DNA of 64,000 nt from the human T2T-CHM13v2.0 reference genome, Homo sapiens. Below, one piece after another: positions 11,934-27,669 of this stretch (the first letter of the stretch is position 1; each line of letters begins with the position of its first letter). The position numbers were made by a program, and so were the translations under genes. The notes beneath the pieces were generated by a model. The model worked only from the letters and a program-made list of their open reading frames with translations. It was not told where the DNA came from and ran no database searches. The stretch lies in assembly GCF_009914755.1 (NCBI RefSeq), contig NC_060925.1; one strand, written 5' to 3'.

Positions 11934-13624
11934 TGCCCTACTTCTATGCATTCACCTTTGTTTTACCTGTGCATTAAATTAACAGAAAGGCAGTTAAACA
12001 TTAAACCTTCAAAAGTTACAATCTGTAAATACTTCTTCAGGGGGATAGTTTAGGCTTATATTAGAAAAATTGCAACAAAATATATACTATCTAAATGTCA
12101 AATTTCATGCATGTTCAGCCTCAAAAATACTAGTGTTCATATTATATACATTGAAAAGGTTTCCTGGGCAATTCTGCACATTCCAGCTTTTTCCTGTTTT
12201 TTTCCTCCTATTTCCTTATATTTTCTAATTCCTTTCTACTTACCTGTATTGCATTTTTAATTGTTTATGTTGCGTTTTTTATTTCTTAAATGACTGTGTT
12301 TTTCAATATTTTTCAAAAAATATATTTTAGCAAAATCAATCAACAATCACAGAAATCACCCATAATCCTATTCCATCTTTAAAATTATAAATGCATTTAA
12401 ATATGTACAAATCAGCCATATGCAGTCTTAACTTTGTCAATGTTACAAAGTAAAAATATGATTATAATTGTCATTATTTACATTTGTCATGCCTAAGGCT
12501 ATATCTACCCAAAGCCACAGAAAAATGTAATCAACCAGATGTTCGAGTCTTTAAAAAGGTCAATATATGACTATTAAAAAGCACCTGGTGTTTGTGGAGG
12601 TTATTTCAATCTACTCAAATGTTTAGCTTCATCTAAACACAGTGTGTCTCATCTCCCTGGGTAGATGAACACAGATTGTCTCACATTCTACTATCTCTGA
12701 GGTCCAAAAGGACCCCATACCTATGTAATACTATATGTTGTTGACACCTCAAGATGAAAGGAAGTTCACATTAATGTTAACTAACAGTAGTATGCTTTGA
12801 AATAATCTTGATTGCCTTGACGAATCCTAGGAATGATGGTCAAAAACATAGTCTTAAAGAGATTTTCTCTTTATAGGAATTAATCAGCCATGGAATACAG
12901 TCCATCAAAGTTTGAAGCAACCCCAGTATCCTGGAGCGACAGTGTATTGATGTACTCAGAAAGAATACTTCTCTAGCAAATTGGAGGCAGAGATGGCAAA
13001 CAGTAACACCAAGCACCTATCCCCAAAACTTCAGTGACAATGTAGGCCTTTAGTAGGTTTGAGCATTATCTTGTCTTCCATGAATGCCTCCCTATGAGAA
13101 GATGCCCCAGCTCTATAGTGGAAATCTTAAGGTATCTTATGAATGCCCTCGGTTAGCACAGCATTAACTGTGAAGGACTTTTATAATCAGAATTATGATT
13201 ACATCTTGGTCAGCTGTAAGGCTCCCCCAGAAACCTATGTCTTAGCACCACGACCCCACTACATAAACCATATGCAGGTTTGGTGCCACCACTAGGCACC
13301 GCTTATTGCACCAGTTCCTAGAAACTATGGAGTGAGGATAAGGGAGAGACAATTGTGAGAGAGTGTGTTTGAAAAAAAATGCTACTAGCTCCTGTAAACC
13401 TAAACCTATCCACCTTTTTCTGATAGCACCTTGCCTCATTTTAGAAGGTATAGTGTTTTTAGAGCTGAAGGAATGAGTGCAGATTATAGCCATTTATATT
13501 CACTGCTGTCTTAGAAACAGCAAGCGCAAATGCCAGGAACTCCTTAAAATAACCGAGAACATGGATCAAGACATTCCATAAGAAATAACAGATTAGACCT
13601 GAAAAAAATTGAGTTATGCCATGT

Positions 13625-13840
13625 TGATTTTTAAGTACCTTTATTGAAATATAGTTGACATACAAATAAACTGTGAATAGTTAAAGCATAAAGCATGGTA
13701 AAATTTGACATATGATTACATCCATGAAATAGATGTAGTGGTTGCTATGGGTTGGGGGAGGGATAGAGGGGAGTTGAAATAATCACTATAATCAGAATCA
13801 TGAACATATCCCTACGACCCAAAAGCTTCCTCATGTCCCA
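13625..13840 (-). mobile_element. 3' end of an old L1 (L1MC/MD-like); resumes at ~27240
   Basis: ctttattgaaatatagttgacataca...aaaagcttcctcatgtccc; next consensus block cctttttaatcc...caaccactgatctactttct at 27240. Confidence 0.65.
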
Positions 13841-16451
13841 TTTTTTCTATTGTGATAAATCACCCATAATAAAAATTTTACTATATTAAGCATTTTTAAG
13901 TGCACAATACAGTGTTAACTACATGTACCTTGTATACAACCTCTAGAACTTTTATCTTGACAAATTAAAATTAAAATTAAAATTAAAATTCTGTACCCAT
14001 TTAACAACTCCCTTTTATCCCTCCCCCAAACCCTAGCAACCACTACTCTACTCTCTGTTTCTAAGTTTGACTACTTTAGATACCTCATATAAGCAGAATC
14101 ATGCATTATTCGTCTCTTTGTGACTGTTTATTTCACTTAGCGTAATGTCCTTGATGTTCATTGATTTTGTAGCATATGAGAGGATTTTCTTTTTAAAGGC
14201 TGAATAATATTACATTGCACATATATATTATATTCTCTTTGTCCATTCATCTATCAATGGACACTTAGATTGCTTCAATTTCTTGCCTATTGTGAATAAT
14301 GCTGTAGTGAACATAGTTGTGCAAATATCTCTTCAAGATCCTATTTTCAGTCCTTTGGGATATATACCCAGAAGTGGGGTTTCTGGATTATATGTTAATT
14401 CTATTTTCAATTTTTTGAAGAATTGCCATATTGCTTCCCATAGTGGCTGCAGCATTTTACATTCACACTAGCAGTGCACAAGAGTTCCAATTTCTCCACA
14501 TCCTTCCTAACACTTTTTTTTTAAAAAAAATAGTTGCCATTCTAATGGGTGTGATTTGAAATTTCCTGATGATTAGCAATGCTGAACACCTTTTCATACA
14601 CCTGTTGATCATTTGTATGTCTTCTTTGGAGAAATGTCTATTCAATGCCTTTGCCTATTTTTTAATTGGGTTATTTGGGTTTTGGCTATTGAGTTGTAGG
14701 TGTTCCTTATAAATTCTGGATGTTAATCCTTTATCAGATTAATGGTTTAAATTATTTTCTCCCATTCTTTAGATCGCCTTTTTACTCTGTTGTTTCCTTT
14801 GCTATGCAGAAGTTTTTAAGTTAGATGTAGTCCCATTTGTCTATTTTTGCTTTCGGTGTCATATCCAATAAATCAGTGCCAAATCCAATGTCAGAAAACT
14901 TTTCCCCTATGTTTAGTTTTTGGGTTTTTATAGTTTTGCGTATTACACTTAGGACTTTAATTCAATTTTAATTAAATTTTTAAATATGGTGTGAGGTAAG
15001 ACTCCAACTTTATTTTTTTTGTGCATGTGGATATTCAGTTTTCCTCAATACCATATGACGAAGAGACAATTTTCTTCCGATTGTGTGTTCTTGACACCCT
15101 TATGAAAGATCAGTTGACCATGTATTTGTCAATTTATTTCCGAGTTCTCTATTGTTTTCCATTGGACTATATGTTTGTCTTTATACCAGTATCACACTGT
15201 TTTGATAACTATAACTTTGTAATATGTTTTGAGAGCAGGAAGTATAAGACCCACAGCTTTATTTTTCTTTCTCAAGTTTGTTATGGTTATTAGGGATCTT
15301 TTCAGATTTCACATGAATTTTAAATGTCTTTTCTTTCTATTTCTACAAAAAAAAGCCACTTGGATTTTATTAAGGATTGCATTAAATCTGCAGATAGCTT
15401 TGTATAACGTTGACATTTCAATAATATTAGGTCTTCCAATCCATGATGGGATGTCTTTCTATTTCTTTGTATTTTTACAGCAATATTTTGTTGTTTTCAC
15501 TGTGTAAGTCTCTCACCTCCTTGGTTAAGTTTCTGCCTAATTATTTTATTCTTTCTTATGCTATTGTGAATAAGATTAAATTGTTTTCCTTTTCATATTT
15601 TTCATTGTTAATGTACAGAAATATGGTGATTTTGTGTAGTTTTGTATCCTGCAACTTTGCTAAATTAATCTACTAGTTCTAACAGTTTTTTGTGTGGAAT
15701 TATTAGGATTTTCTACATATAAAGTCATGTCTTCTGTAGAGATGATTTATTTCTTCCTTTCTAACTTGGATATTTTTATTTTTTCTTTTCTTATTTTTTC
15801 TTTTCTAACTTCTCTAGCTTAGACTTCCACTACTACCTTTAATAGAAGTGGCAAGAGATGTATCATTGCCTTGTTCCTGATATTAGAGGGAAAGCTTTCA
15901 GTTTGCCATGATGTTAGCTGTGAGCTTTTAATACATAGCCTTTATTACGTTAAAGTAGTTTCCTTTTATTCCTAGTTAAATGAGAATTTTTATCATGAAA
16001 GGCTGTGGAATTTTTTCAAATGCTTTTTCTGCATCAATTGATATGATTATGTTGCTTTTGTCCTTCATTGTGTTAATGTGGTATATTATATTAATTGATT
16101 TTTATCTGTTTAACCATCCTTGAATTCCAGGAATGGATACCATTTAGTTACAATGTATACTTTTTTAATATGTTGAATTCAGTTTACTAGTATTTTGCTG
16201 AGAATGTTTGCATCAATATTTATCAGGAATATTAGTCTGTAGTTTTCTTTTTTTGTAATATATTTACCTGACTTTGGTATTAGAAGAATGCTGGCCTCAT
16301 AAAATGAGTTTGGAAGTCTTCTCTTGAATTTTTGGGGGACAATTTGAGAAGGGTTTGTATTATTTATTTTTTAAATGGTTTTTAAACTTCTTCAAAAATG
16401 TCATATCATTCTAGGCTTCTATTTGTTCTAAGGTTTTTGACTGCTGATTAA

Positions 16452-16800
<349 letters not shown>

Positions 16801-17624
16801 CAGATTTTTAAATTTATTCATGATTCAGTCTTGGTAGATAGTATGCTTCTAGAAATTTTTCCATTTCTTCCAGCTTATTCAACTTGTTGGTGTATAATTG
16901 TCCATAGTAGTCTGTTTTGATCCTTTTTATTTCTGCAGCATCAGTTATACTGTCTCATTTCTAATTTTTGTAATTTGAACCTTCTTTCTTTTTTCTTAGT
17001 CAAGCTAAAGGTTTGTCAATTTTATTGATGTTTTCAAAAATTAATTCTTAGTTTCATTGATTTTTTCTATTCTTTATTTTTTATTTCTCTTGAATTCTTT
17101 TCTATTTCCTTTCTTCTGCTAACTTTGAGCTTAGTTTGTTCTTTCTCTTGTTCCTTGAGGTTTAAGTCAAGCTGTTGATTTGAGATCTTCCTTCTTTTTT
17201 AATGTACACATTTACCACTATAAACTTTTCTCATAATTCTGCTTTTAGTGCATCTCATAAATTCCTGTATGTTTTCAATTTTGTTTGTCTCAAGCTGTTT
17301 TCTAATTTTTTTTCTGATTTTTTTTCTTTGACTCATTGGTTTTTCAATAACGTGTTGTTTAATTTCCACATATTTCTCTTTTTTTCCATTTTTCTTTTGC
17401 TATCAATTTCTAGTTTTACTCCACTGGGGTCACGAAATATACTTGGTACAATTTCAATCTTCTTAAATTTGTTAAGGAATTGAAATTCATTTAATGGTCC
17501 AACATATAATCTATCATTGAGAATGTGCCACATCCATTTGAGAAGAATGTGTATTCTGCTGTTGTGGGGAGGAGTGTGCTGCATGGGCTTAATTGTTCTA
17601 CAGTTTTGTTTAAGTCTTCTGTTT

Positions 17625-18775
17625 CTTTTTTATGTGTAAATATATTTTTAAATTTCATTTTTAATTATAAATTAACAAATTATAGTTGTATATATTTATG
17701 GATTGCAAAGTGACATTATGATTTATAAACACAATATGAAATAATTATATCAAGTGAATTAGGATATCCATCACCTCAAATACTTATCATTTTGTGTGTG
17801 TGTGTTGAGAACATCTGATGAAATTTACTCTTAGTGATTTGGAAATCTAGGATACATTAATATTTACTGTAAATTCACCATACCATGCAATAAATCTCAG
17901 AGAAAAACCTCATGTCTAACGAGGCTTTGTACCCTTTGACATTACCTCCTTATTTGCTTACTAACACCCCCAGCCTCTGATGACCACCATTCTATTCTTT
18001 GCTTCTTTGTGTTCTATTGTTTTAGATTCCACATATAAGTGAGAACATGTGCTGTTTATCTTTCTTTGTCCTTGGATTATTGCTTATTTTACTTAGCACA
18101 GGGTTCTCAAATTCGTCCATGTTGTTGCAGAAGACAAAATCTTTCTTACCTTTTTTTTTAGACACAGGGTCTCACTGTCACTCAGGCTGAAGTTCAGTCG
18201 CACCTTCTTAGCTCACTGCAGCCTCAAACTTCTGCCTCAAGTGATGCTTCTGCCTCAGTAGCTGGGACTACGGATGCATGCTTCCATACCTGGCTAATTT
18301 TTAAATTTTTGGTAGAGACCCGATCTTCCTATGTTGGCCCAGGCTCATCTCTAACTCCTGGCCTCAAGCAACTCTCCTGCCTTGGCCTCCCGAAGTGCTA
18401 GAACTACAGGTGCAAGCCACACTCGGCCTTCTTACTTTTTTAAGGCTCAGTAATATTCAATTTTGTATATATACCACATTTTCTTTATCCGTTCATCTTT
18501 TGATAGACACTTAGATTGACTCCATATCTTGTCTGTTATTAATAGTGCTGCAGTGAACATGGGAGGGCAAACATCTTTTTGATGTATTGATTTCAAATCC
18601 TTTGGGTAAATACCCAGAAGTGTGGTTGCTGGATCATATGGTAATTCTATTTTTAGTGTTTTGAGGAAACTCCATACAGTTTTCCATAAGACTGTCCTAA
18701 TTTATATTAATTTTCGCCAACAGTCTACATGGTTCCTTTTTCACCACATCCTCACCAACGCTTATATTTTTGTTT
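17625..18775 (-). mobile_element. L1MA7/8-like 3' fragment nested in the L1MB-like element
   Basis: new L1 3' end (ttgtatatatttatgg, atatccatcacctcaaatacttatc); host ORF2 resumes at ~18780. Confidence 0.7.
18151..18428 (-). mobile_element. AluJ
   Basis: cagggtctcact and gcagcctcaaac J diagnostics; TSD ttcttac(c/t)ttttt. Confidence 0.9.
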
Positions 18776-18852
18776 TCTCTTTATTAATTAATCTGTCTGT
18801 TTGGTGTATTCATTATTGAAAGTGAAGTATTAACATCTCCTGTTATTATTAG

Positions 18853-19185
18853 GAGTCAAGTTGCCCAGGGTCTGTCCCCAGCCTAACTGCTGTCTGCACT
18901 CAGATGTTCTCTTCTCTCCCTCTCTGCTGCGTCATTCTGCTGTTGGTCTGCTGGTCTGCTGGCTTGCTGAACTGCTGGTATGCTGGTCTGCTTCTGGACC
19001 CTGCGACTCAGGGTTTATATGGGTGCAGAATAGAGGGTGTGGCAGAGCAAATGGCAACTTTTGGGGCATGAAATCAGAAATGCCTGTTTTCATTTAGGGC
19101 CTTGAGTCTTCAGGCTTGAGGGTGAGGCCTTTTCTGGGAAACCACCCTGTTCTACACAGTGTCTCTCTGTCTCCTGTCCCTATCA
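18853..19185 (-). mobile_element. ERV1 LTR, 5' part only (LTR1/LTR27/LTR28 family)
   Basis: minus strand starts tgatagggacaggagacagagagacactgtgtagaacagggtgg...cctcaagcctg...ccctaaatgaaaacaggca. Confidence 0.65.
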
Positions 19186-21283
19186 GTTTCATCCATGTTG
19201 TTGCAAATGACTGAATCTCATTCTTTTGTGGCTGAAATGTGGTTTATAGGTACCACATTTCTTTATCCATTCATCAGTTAATGGACACGTGGGTTGCTCC
19301 AAAATCTTGGCTATTGTGAACAGTGCTGCAACAAACATGGGAGTGCAGATATCTCCTCAATATCCTGATTTCCTTTCTTTGGGGTACATACCCAGCAGTG
19401 GGATTGCCAGATAATATGTTAGCTCTATTTTTAGTTTTTTGAGAAACATTTCTCTTTTTGAGAAACTGTTCTCCATAGTGGTTGTACCCATTTACATTCC
19501 CACCAACAATGTATGAGGGTTCCCTTTTCTCCACATCCTTACCAGCATTTGCTTTTTCCTGTCTTTTGGAAATAAGCCATTGTAGCTGAGGTGAGATGAT
19601 ATCTCCTTGTAATTTTGATTTGCATTTCTCTGATAATCAAAGATGTTGAGCACTTTTTCATATGCCTGTTTATCATTTGTATGTCTTCTTTTAAGAAATG
19701 TCTATTCAAACCTTTTGCCCATTTTAAAATTGGATTATTAATTTTTTTCCTATAGAGTTGTTTAAGCTGCTTGTATATTCTGGTTATTAATCCCTTGTCA
19801 AGTGGATAGTTTGCAAATATTTTCTCCAGTTCTGTGGATTGTCTTTTCACTTTGTTGATTATTTTATTTGCTGTGCAGAAGCTTTTTAACTTGATATGAT
19901 CACATTTGTCCATTTCTGCTTTGGTTGCCTGTACCTTTGGGGTATTACTCAGGAAATTGTTTTGTATACCAATGTCCTGGAGAGTGTCCCCATTGTTTTC
20001 TTTTAGCTGCTTCATAGTTTGAGGTCTTAGATTTAAGTCTTTAATCCATTTTGATTTGATTTTTGTATATGGCAAGAGATAGAGGTCTAGTTTCATTCTT
20101 CTGCATATGAATATCCAGTTTTCCTAGCACCATTTGGATATACACTTTTCCCCAGTGGATGTTCTTGGCAACTTTGTCAAAAATGAGTTCACTGTAGGTG
20201 TATAGATTTGTTTCTGGGTACTCTATTGTGTTTAGTTTGTAATGTATCTGTTTCTATGCCAGTACCATGCTGTTTTGGTTATTATAGCTCTGTATAATTT
20301 GAAGTCGGGTAATATGATTCCACCAGTTTTGTTCTTTTTGCTTAGGATAGCTTTGACTGTTCTGGGTCTTTTGTGATTCTATATACAACCTAGGGTTGTT
20401 TTTTCTTTTGCTGTGAAAAAATTTCATTGGTATTTTGATACGGATTACATTGAACCTGTAGGTTGCTTTGGGTAGTATGGACATTTTAACAATATTGATT
20501 TTTCCAATCCATGAACATGGAATATCTTTCCATTTTTTGGTGTCCTTTTCAATTTCTTTCATCAGTGTTGTACAGTTTTCATTGTAAAGATCTTTCACTT
20601 GCTTGGTTAATCCCTAGATATTTAATTTTATTTGTGGCTATTGTAATTAAGAATACTTTATTTCATTTTCAGATTGTTCACTGTTGTCATATAGAAATGC
20701 TACAGATTTTTGTATATTGATTTTGTATCCTGCTACTTTACTGAATTTATCAATTTTAATAGTTTTTGGTGGCATCTTTAGAGTTTTCCAAGTATAAGAT
20801 CACATCATCTGTAAACAAGGATAATTTGACTTCTTTTCCAATTTGGATGCCCTTTATTTCTTTATCTTATCTGATTATTCTAGCTAGGACTCCCACTACT
20901 GTGCTGAATAACAGTGGTGAAAGTGGGCATTCTTGTCATGTTTCAGATCTCAGAGAAGTCTTTTAGTTTTTCCACATTTAGTATAATGCTAGTTATCAGT
21001 CTGTTGTATATGGCATTTATTATGTTGAGGTACATTCTTTCTGTACCCAGTTTTTAAAGGGTTGTTATCATGAAGGGATGTTGAATATTATCAAATCTTT
21101 TCTCAGCATCAATAGAAATGATCTTTTTTTTGTCCTTCATTCTGTTGATATGATGTATAATCTTAATTGATGTGTATGTTGAACCAACCTTGCATCCCAG
21201 GAAGAAATCCCACTTGGTATGATGAATAATTTTTTTAATGTATTGTTGAGTTTGGTTTGCTGGTATTTTGTTGAAGAATTTTT

Positions 21284-22879
<1,596 letters not shown>

Positions 22880-23046
22880 AGGATTTTTTCATCAATAGAC
22901 ATTGATTTTTCATCAATAGACATCAGAGATATTGACCTATAGTTTTCTTTTTTTAATGTTTCTTCGTCTGGTTTTGGTATCAAGGTAATACTGGCCTCAT
23001 AGGATGAGTTCACCCAACATTGGTGCACCTAAATATATAAAGCAAA

Positions 23047-23093
23047 TGTGTGTGTGTATATGTATATACACACACACACACACATATATATAT
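23047..23093. repeat. (TG)n(TA)n(CA)n(TA)n compound microsatellite
   Basis: tgtgtgtgtgtatatgtatatacacacacacacacacatatatatat. Confidence 0.9.
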
Positions 23094-26000
23094 TTAAAAT
23101 TGTTAAATCCTCTCATTGATTTGATCCCTTTATCATTATATAATGACCTTCTTTGTCTCTTCTTATAGCATTTGTGTTGAAATTTATTTTTTCTGATATA
23201 AGCATAGGTACTCCTGCTTTTTTTTATTTCCATTGTCATGGAATATCTTTTTTCATGCCTTTGTTTTCAGTCTATGTGTGTCTTTATAGATGAAGTGTGT
23301 TTCTTGTAGGCAACAGATTATTTGGTCTTGTTTCTTCATCCATTCAGCCACTCTGTTTCTTTTGATTAAAGAGTTTAGTTTATTTACCTTCAATATTATT
23401 ATTGATAAGTAAGAACTAACTCCTGCCATTTTGTTATTTGTTTACTGGTTGTTTTGTGGTCTTCTTTTCTTTTTCCTCCTCTCCTCTCCTCTCCATTTTT
23501 CTTTTAGTAAAGGTGATTTTCTCTGGTGATTTCTTGCTTTTTATTTTTTGTGTGTTTGTTGTTTGTTTTCTGTTCTGAGGTTACCACAAGGCTTGCAAAT
23601 ACTATCTTATAACCTATTATTTTAAGCTGATAACACTGTTTGCATAAACAAAGAAATAAGCAAAAAGAAAACTAATAAAAACTCTACACCTTAACTTCAT
23701 CCCCCAACTTTTAAACTTTTTGTTGTTTCTATATATATCTTATTGTACTGTCTATGTCTTAAAAAGTTATAGTTATTATTTTTGATTAGTTCATCATTTA
23801 TTCTTTCTACTTAAGAGTAGCTTACACAGCACAGTTAGGTGTTATAATATTCTGTGCTTTTCTGTGTGCTATTACCAGTGAGTTTTGTTACCCTCAGATG
23901 ATTTCTTATGGCTCATTAATGGTTCTTTTCTTTCTGATTAAAGTATTCTCTTTAGCATTTCATGTAGGGCAGGTCTGGTGTTGAAATCCCTCAGCTTTTG
24001 TTTGTCTGGGAAAGTCTTTCTTTCTTCTTCATGTTTTAAGGACATTTTTTACCAGGCATATTATTCTAAGGTAAAAGTGTTTTTTTCCTTCAGCACTTTA
24101 AGTATGTCATGCCTGTCTCTCCTGGCCTGTAAGGTTTCCACTAAAATGTCTGCTGCAAGACATATTGGAGCTTCATTTTATGTTAGTTGTTTCTTTCTCT
24201 TTTTTTTTTTTTTTTTTGGATTCTTTCTTTATCCTTGACCTTTGGGAGTTAGATTATTAAATGCCTTGAGGTAGTCTTCTTTGGGTTAAATCTGCTGGGT
24301 ATTTTATAACCTTCTGGTAGTTGGATATTGATATCTTTCTCTACATTTGGGAAGTCTTTTTTTATAATCCTTCTGAATAAACTTTATACCCCTATCTCTT
24401 TCCCTACCTCCTCCTTAAGGCCGATAACTCAGATTTGTCCTTATGAGGCTATTTTCTAGAGGCTGCAGGGATGCTTCATTGTTTTTTATATTTTTTTTTC
24501 TTTAATCTCCTCTGACTGTGTATTTTCAGATAGCCTGTCTTCAAGCTCACTAATTCTTCCTTCTGCTTGGCCAATTCTGCTGTTAAGAGACTCTGATGAA
24601 CTCTTCAGTATATCAGTTTTACTTTTCACTCCAGAATTTCTGCTTGATTCTTTTTAATTATTTTAACCTCTTTGTTACATCTGATAGAATTCTGAATTCC
24701 TTCTCTGTGTTATCTTGAATCTCTTTGAGTTTCCTCAACACAGCTATTCTGAATTATCTCAAAGGTCACATATCTCTGCTTCTCCAGGATTGGTCCTTGG
24801 TGCTTTATTTAGTTCATTTGGTGAGGTCATGTTTTCCTGCATGGTATTGATGCTTGTCAGTGTTCATCTGTGTTTGGGCATTAAAGAGTTAGGTATTTAC
24901 TGCAGTCTTTGTAGTCTGAGCTTATTTGTACCCATTCCTCTTTGGAAGGCTTTTGAGATGTTATAAAGGACTTGGGTGTTGTGATCTAAGTTTCTGCTTT
25001 AGGGAGCACCCCAAGCTCAGTAGTGCTGTGGTTATTTCAGACTTGTAGAGGTACCACCTTGATTGTCCGGAAGAAAATCTAGAAGAATTCTCCAGATTAT
25101 CAGGCAGAGACTCTTATTACCTTCCCTTACTTTCTCCCAAACAAATGTAGTCTCTCTGTTCTGAGCAACCCAAAGCTGGATGTGGAATGACAAAAGCACC
25201 CCTGTGGCCACCACCACTAGGACTATGCTGTGTCAGACCTGAAGCCAGCACAGCACTGGGTCTCATCCAAGGCCTATTGTAACCATTCCTTGGCTACTGC
25301 CTATGTTTGCTCAAGGCTATGGGGCTCTATAATCAGCTCTACAATCAGCAAGTGATGAAACTAGTCAGGCTTATGTCCTTCCCTTCAAGTCAGTAAGCTC
25401 CTCCAGGCCCCAGGTGGGTCCAGAGTTGCCATTACATGAGCCAGGAACTAGAATTAAACCTTAGAAGTCTACCTGGTGTTCTATTTTCCTGTGGCTGAGT
25501 ACAAAATACTGTACTCAAACCAGATTATACAGCCGGTCCCACTCTTCCTTCCCCTTTTCCAAGGCAGGAGTCACCTCATGACCGCCACCAACACAGGTCA
25601 CAGGGAGTACTGCCTGACTACCGCTAATGTTCCCTTAAGGCCCAAGGGCTACTTAGTCAGCTTATAATGAATTCTGCCTGGCCTGGGATTTACCTTTAAG
25701 GGCAGTGGGATCCCCTCCAGCCCAGGGAAGGTCTAGAAATGATGTTCAAGAGTCAAGTCCTGGAATCAGGGACCACATGAGCCCCTTTGATCATATATCC
25801 CCCTGTGGTCAAGCTGGTACCTAAGGCATAAGACAAAGTTCTTTTTACTTTTCCCTGTACTTTACTCAAACAGAAGGATTCTTGCCCTGTAGCCACTACA
25901 GCTGGGAATGCACTGAGTCTCAACTGAAGCCAGCAAGTTTCAGAGTCACATCCAAGACCCATGATATAGTACCTGGGTATCACTGTGGGTTATTCAATGC

Positions 26001-26947
26001 CCAAGGGCTCTTCAGTTAGCAGGTGATGAATCCTGCCAAGGCTGGGTTATTCCTGTCAAAGCAATGAGTTCCCTTCTGGCCCAGGTTGTGTCTAGAAATG
26101 CCATCCAGAAGCTAGGGACTGGAAAAGGAGCCATCACAACTCTGACTAGTGCCAGATCCTGCTGTGGCTGAGCTGATATCTAAGGTACAAGACAAAGTCC
26201 TCGCTATCTTCCCTCTCCTCTCCTCAAGTGAGAGGAAAGGGTCTCTTTCGGAGCTGTGAGCTGTGCAGCCTGGGCTTAGGGGAGGAGAAATGCCAGTGCT
26301 CCAGCTGATGTCTCAGTAGATCACATGCCTTCCAAGTCCACTGGCTTTGGGCCCAGTTCAGCACTAGGACTCATTCAAGAGTTGCAGTTCTTGTGACCTA
26401 GTCTGCCTTTCTTTACTTAGAGACTCAGAGCACTTTAGCCTGCAGGGGTGAGGTTGGTGGGAACTCAAGGTCCTACCACTGGGATCAGTGATTTCCCTCT
26501 GGCTAGGGCTGGTTTAAATGCTCCCTTCACGGTTGGGCATCAGATGAGTTTGTTCTGTTTTTGCTTTCTGCTATCAGAAACCAGCACTGAGTTTAATGCC
26601 TCACAATTGTTGTGCTCTCCCATTCTCCACCACACAGAATCATTCTCCTCCCTATGCTGCCACTGCCAGGGGACGGGCAGCGGGGGTGGTGTTGATAAAT
26701 CAAGACTGTTTTTCCTACTTCTTCAGTGCCTCTTCCAGTGATATGAAATTAAAACCAGGTACTATGAATGCTCACCTCATTTTTTGGTTCTTTTGAAGAT
26801 TTTTTTTTTGTGTGTAGATAGTTATCAAATTGGTGTCCATTCAGAGGGGGTAATCATTGGAGCTTTCTATTCCACCTTCTTGCTCCCCACCAAGCCTGCA
26901 TGGAACTTTTTTTGGTGTATATTTACTCTTAATCTATGTATTTTAGT

Positions 26948-27233
<286 letters not shown>

Positions 27234-27669
27234 CCCTTCACATTCCTTTTTAATCCTTACTTCCCACTTCCTCTTGCTTCTGCCACCTCCTATTTTTCAG
27301 ACAACCACTGATCTACTTTCTTTCACTTTGGATTTATTTGAATTTTCTATAAATTTTATAAATGGAACCACATAATATATGGTCATTTTTGTCTAGTTTA
27401 TTTCATTAGCATAATTATTTTGCTAATTAGGAAGGAAAAAATAAATAAAAGACATCCAGATTAGAAGTGAAGAAGTAAAGTGGTCTTTATTCACAGTCTC
27501 CATAGTGGTGTATGACAAAATCTGTTAGAATCTATTTTAAAAGCTACTAGAACTAACAAGCAAATTTAGCAATGTGGTCATGCCATTTTATTGCTAAATA
27601 GTATTCTATTGTATGACTATATGATAATTTATTTTTACATCTGTTAATGGATATTTTGTTGTTTTTGTT

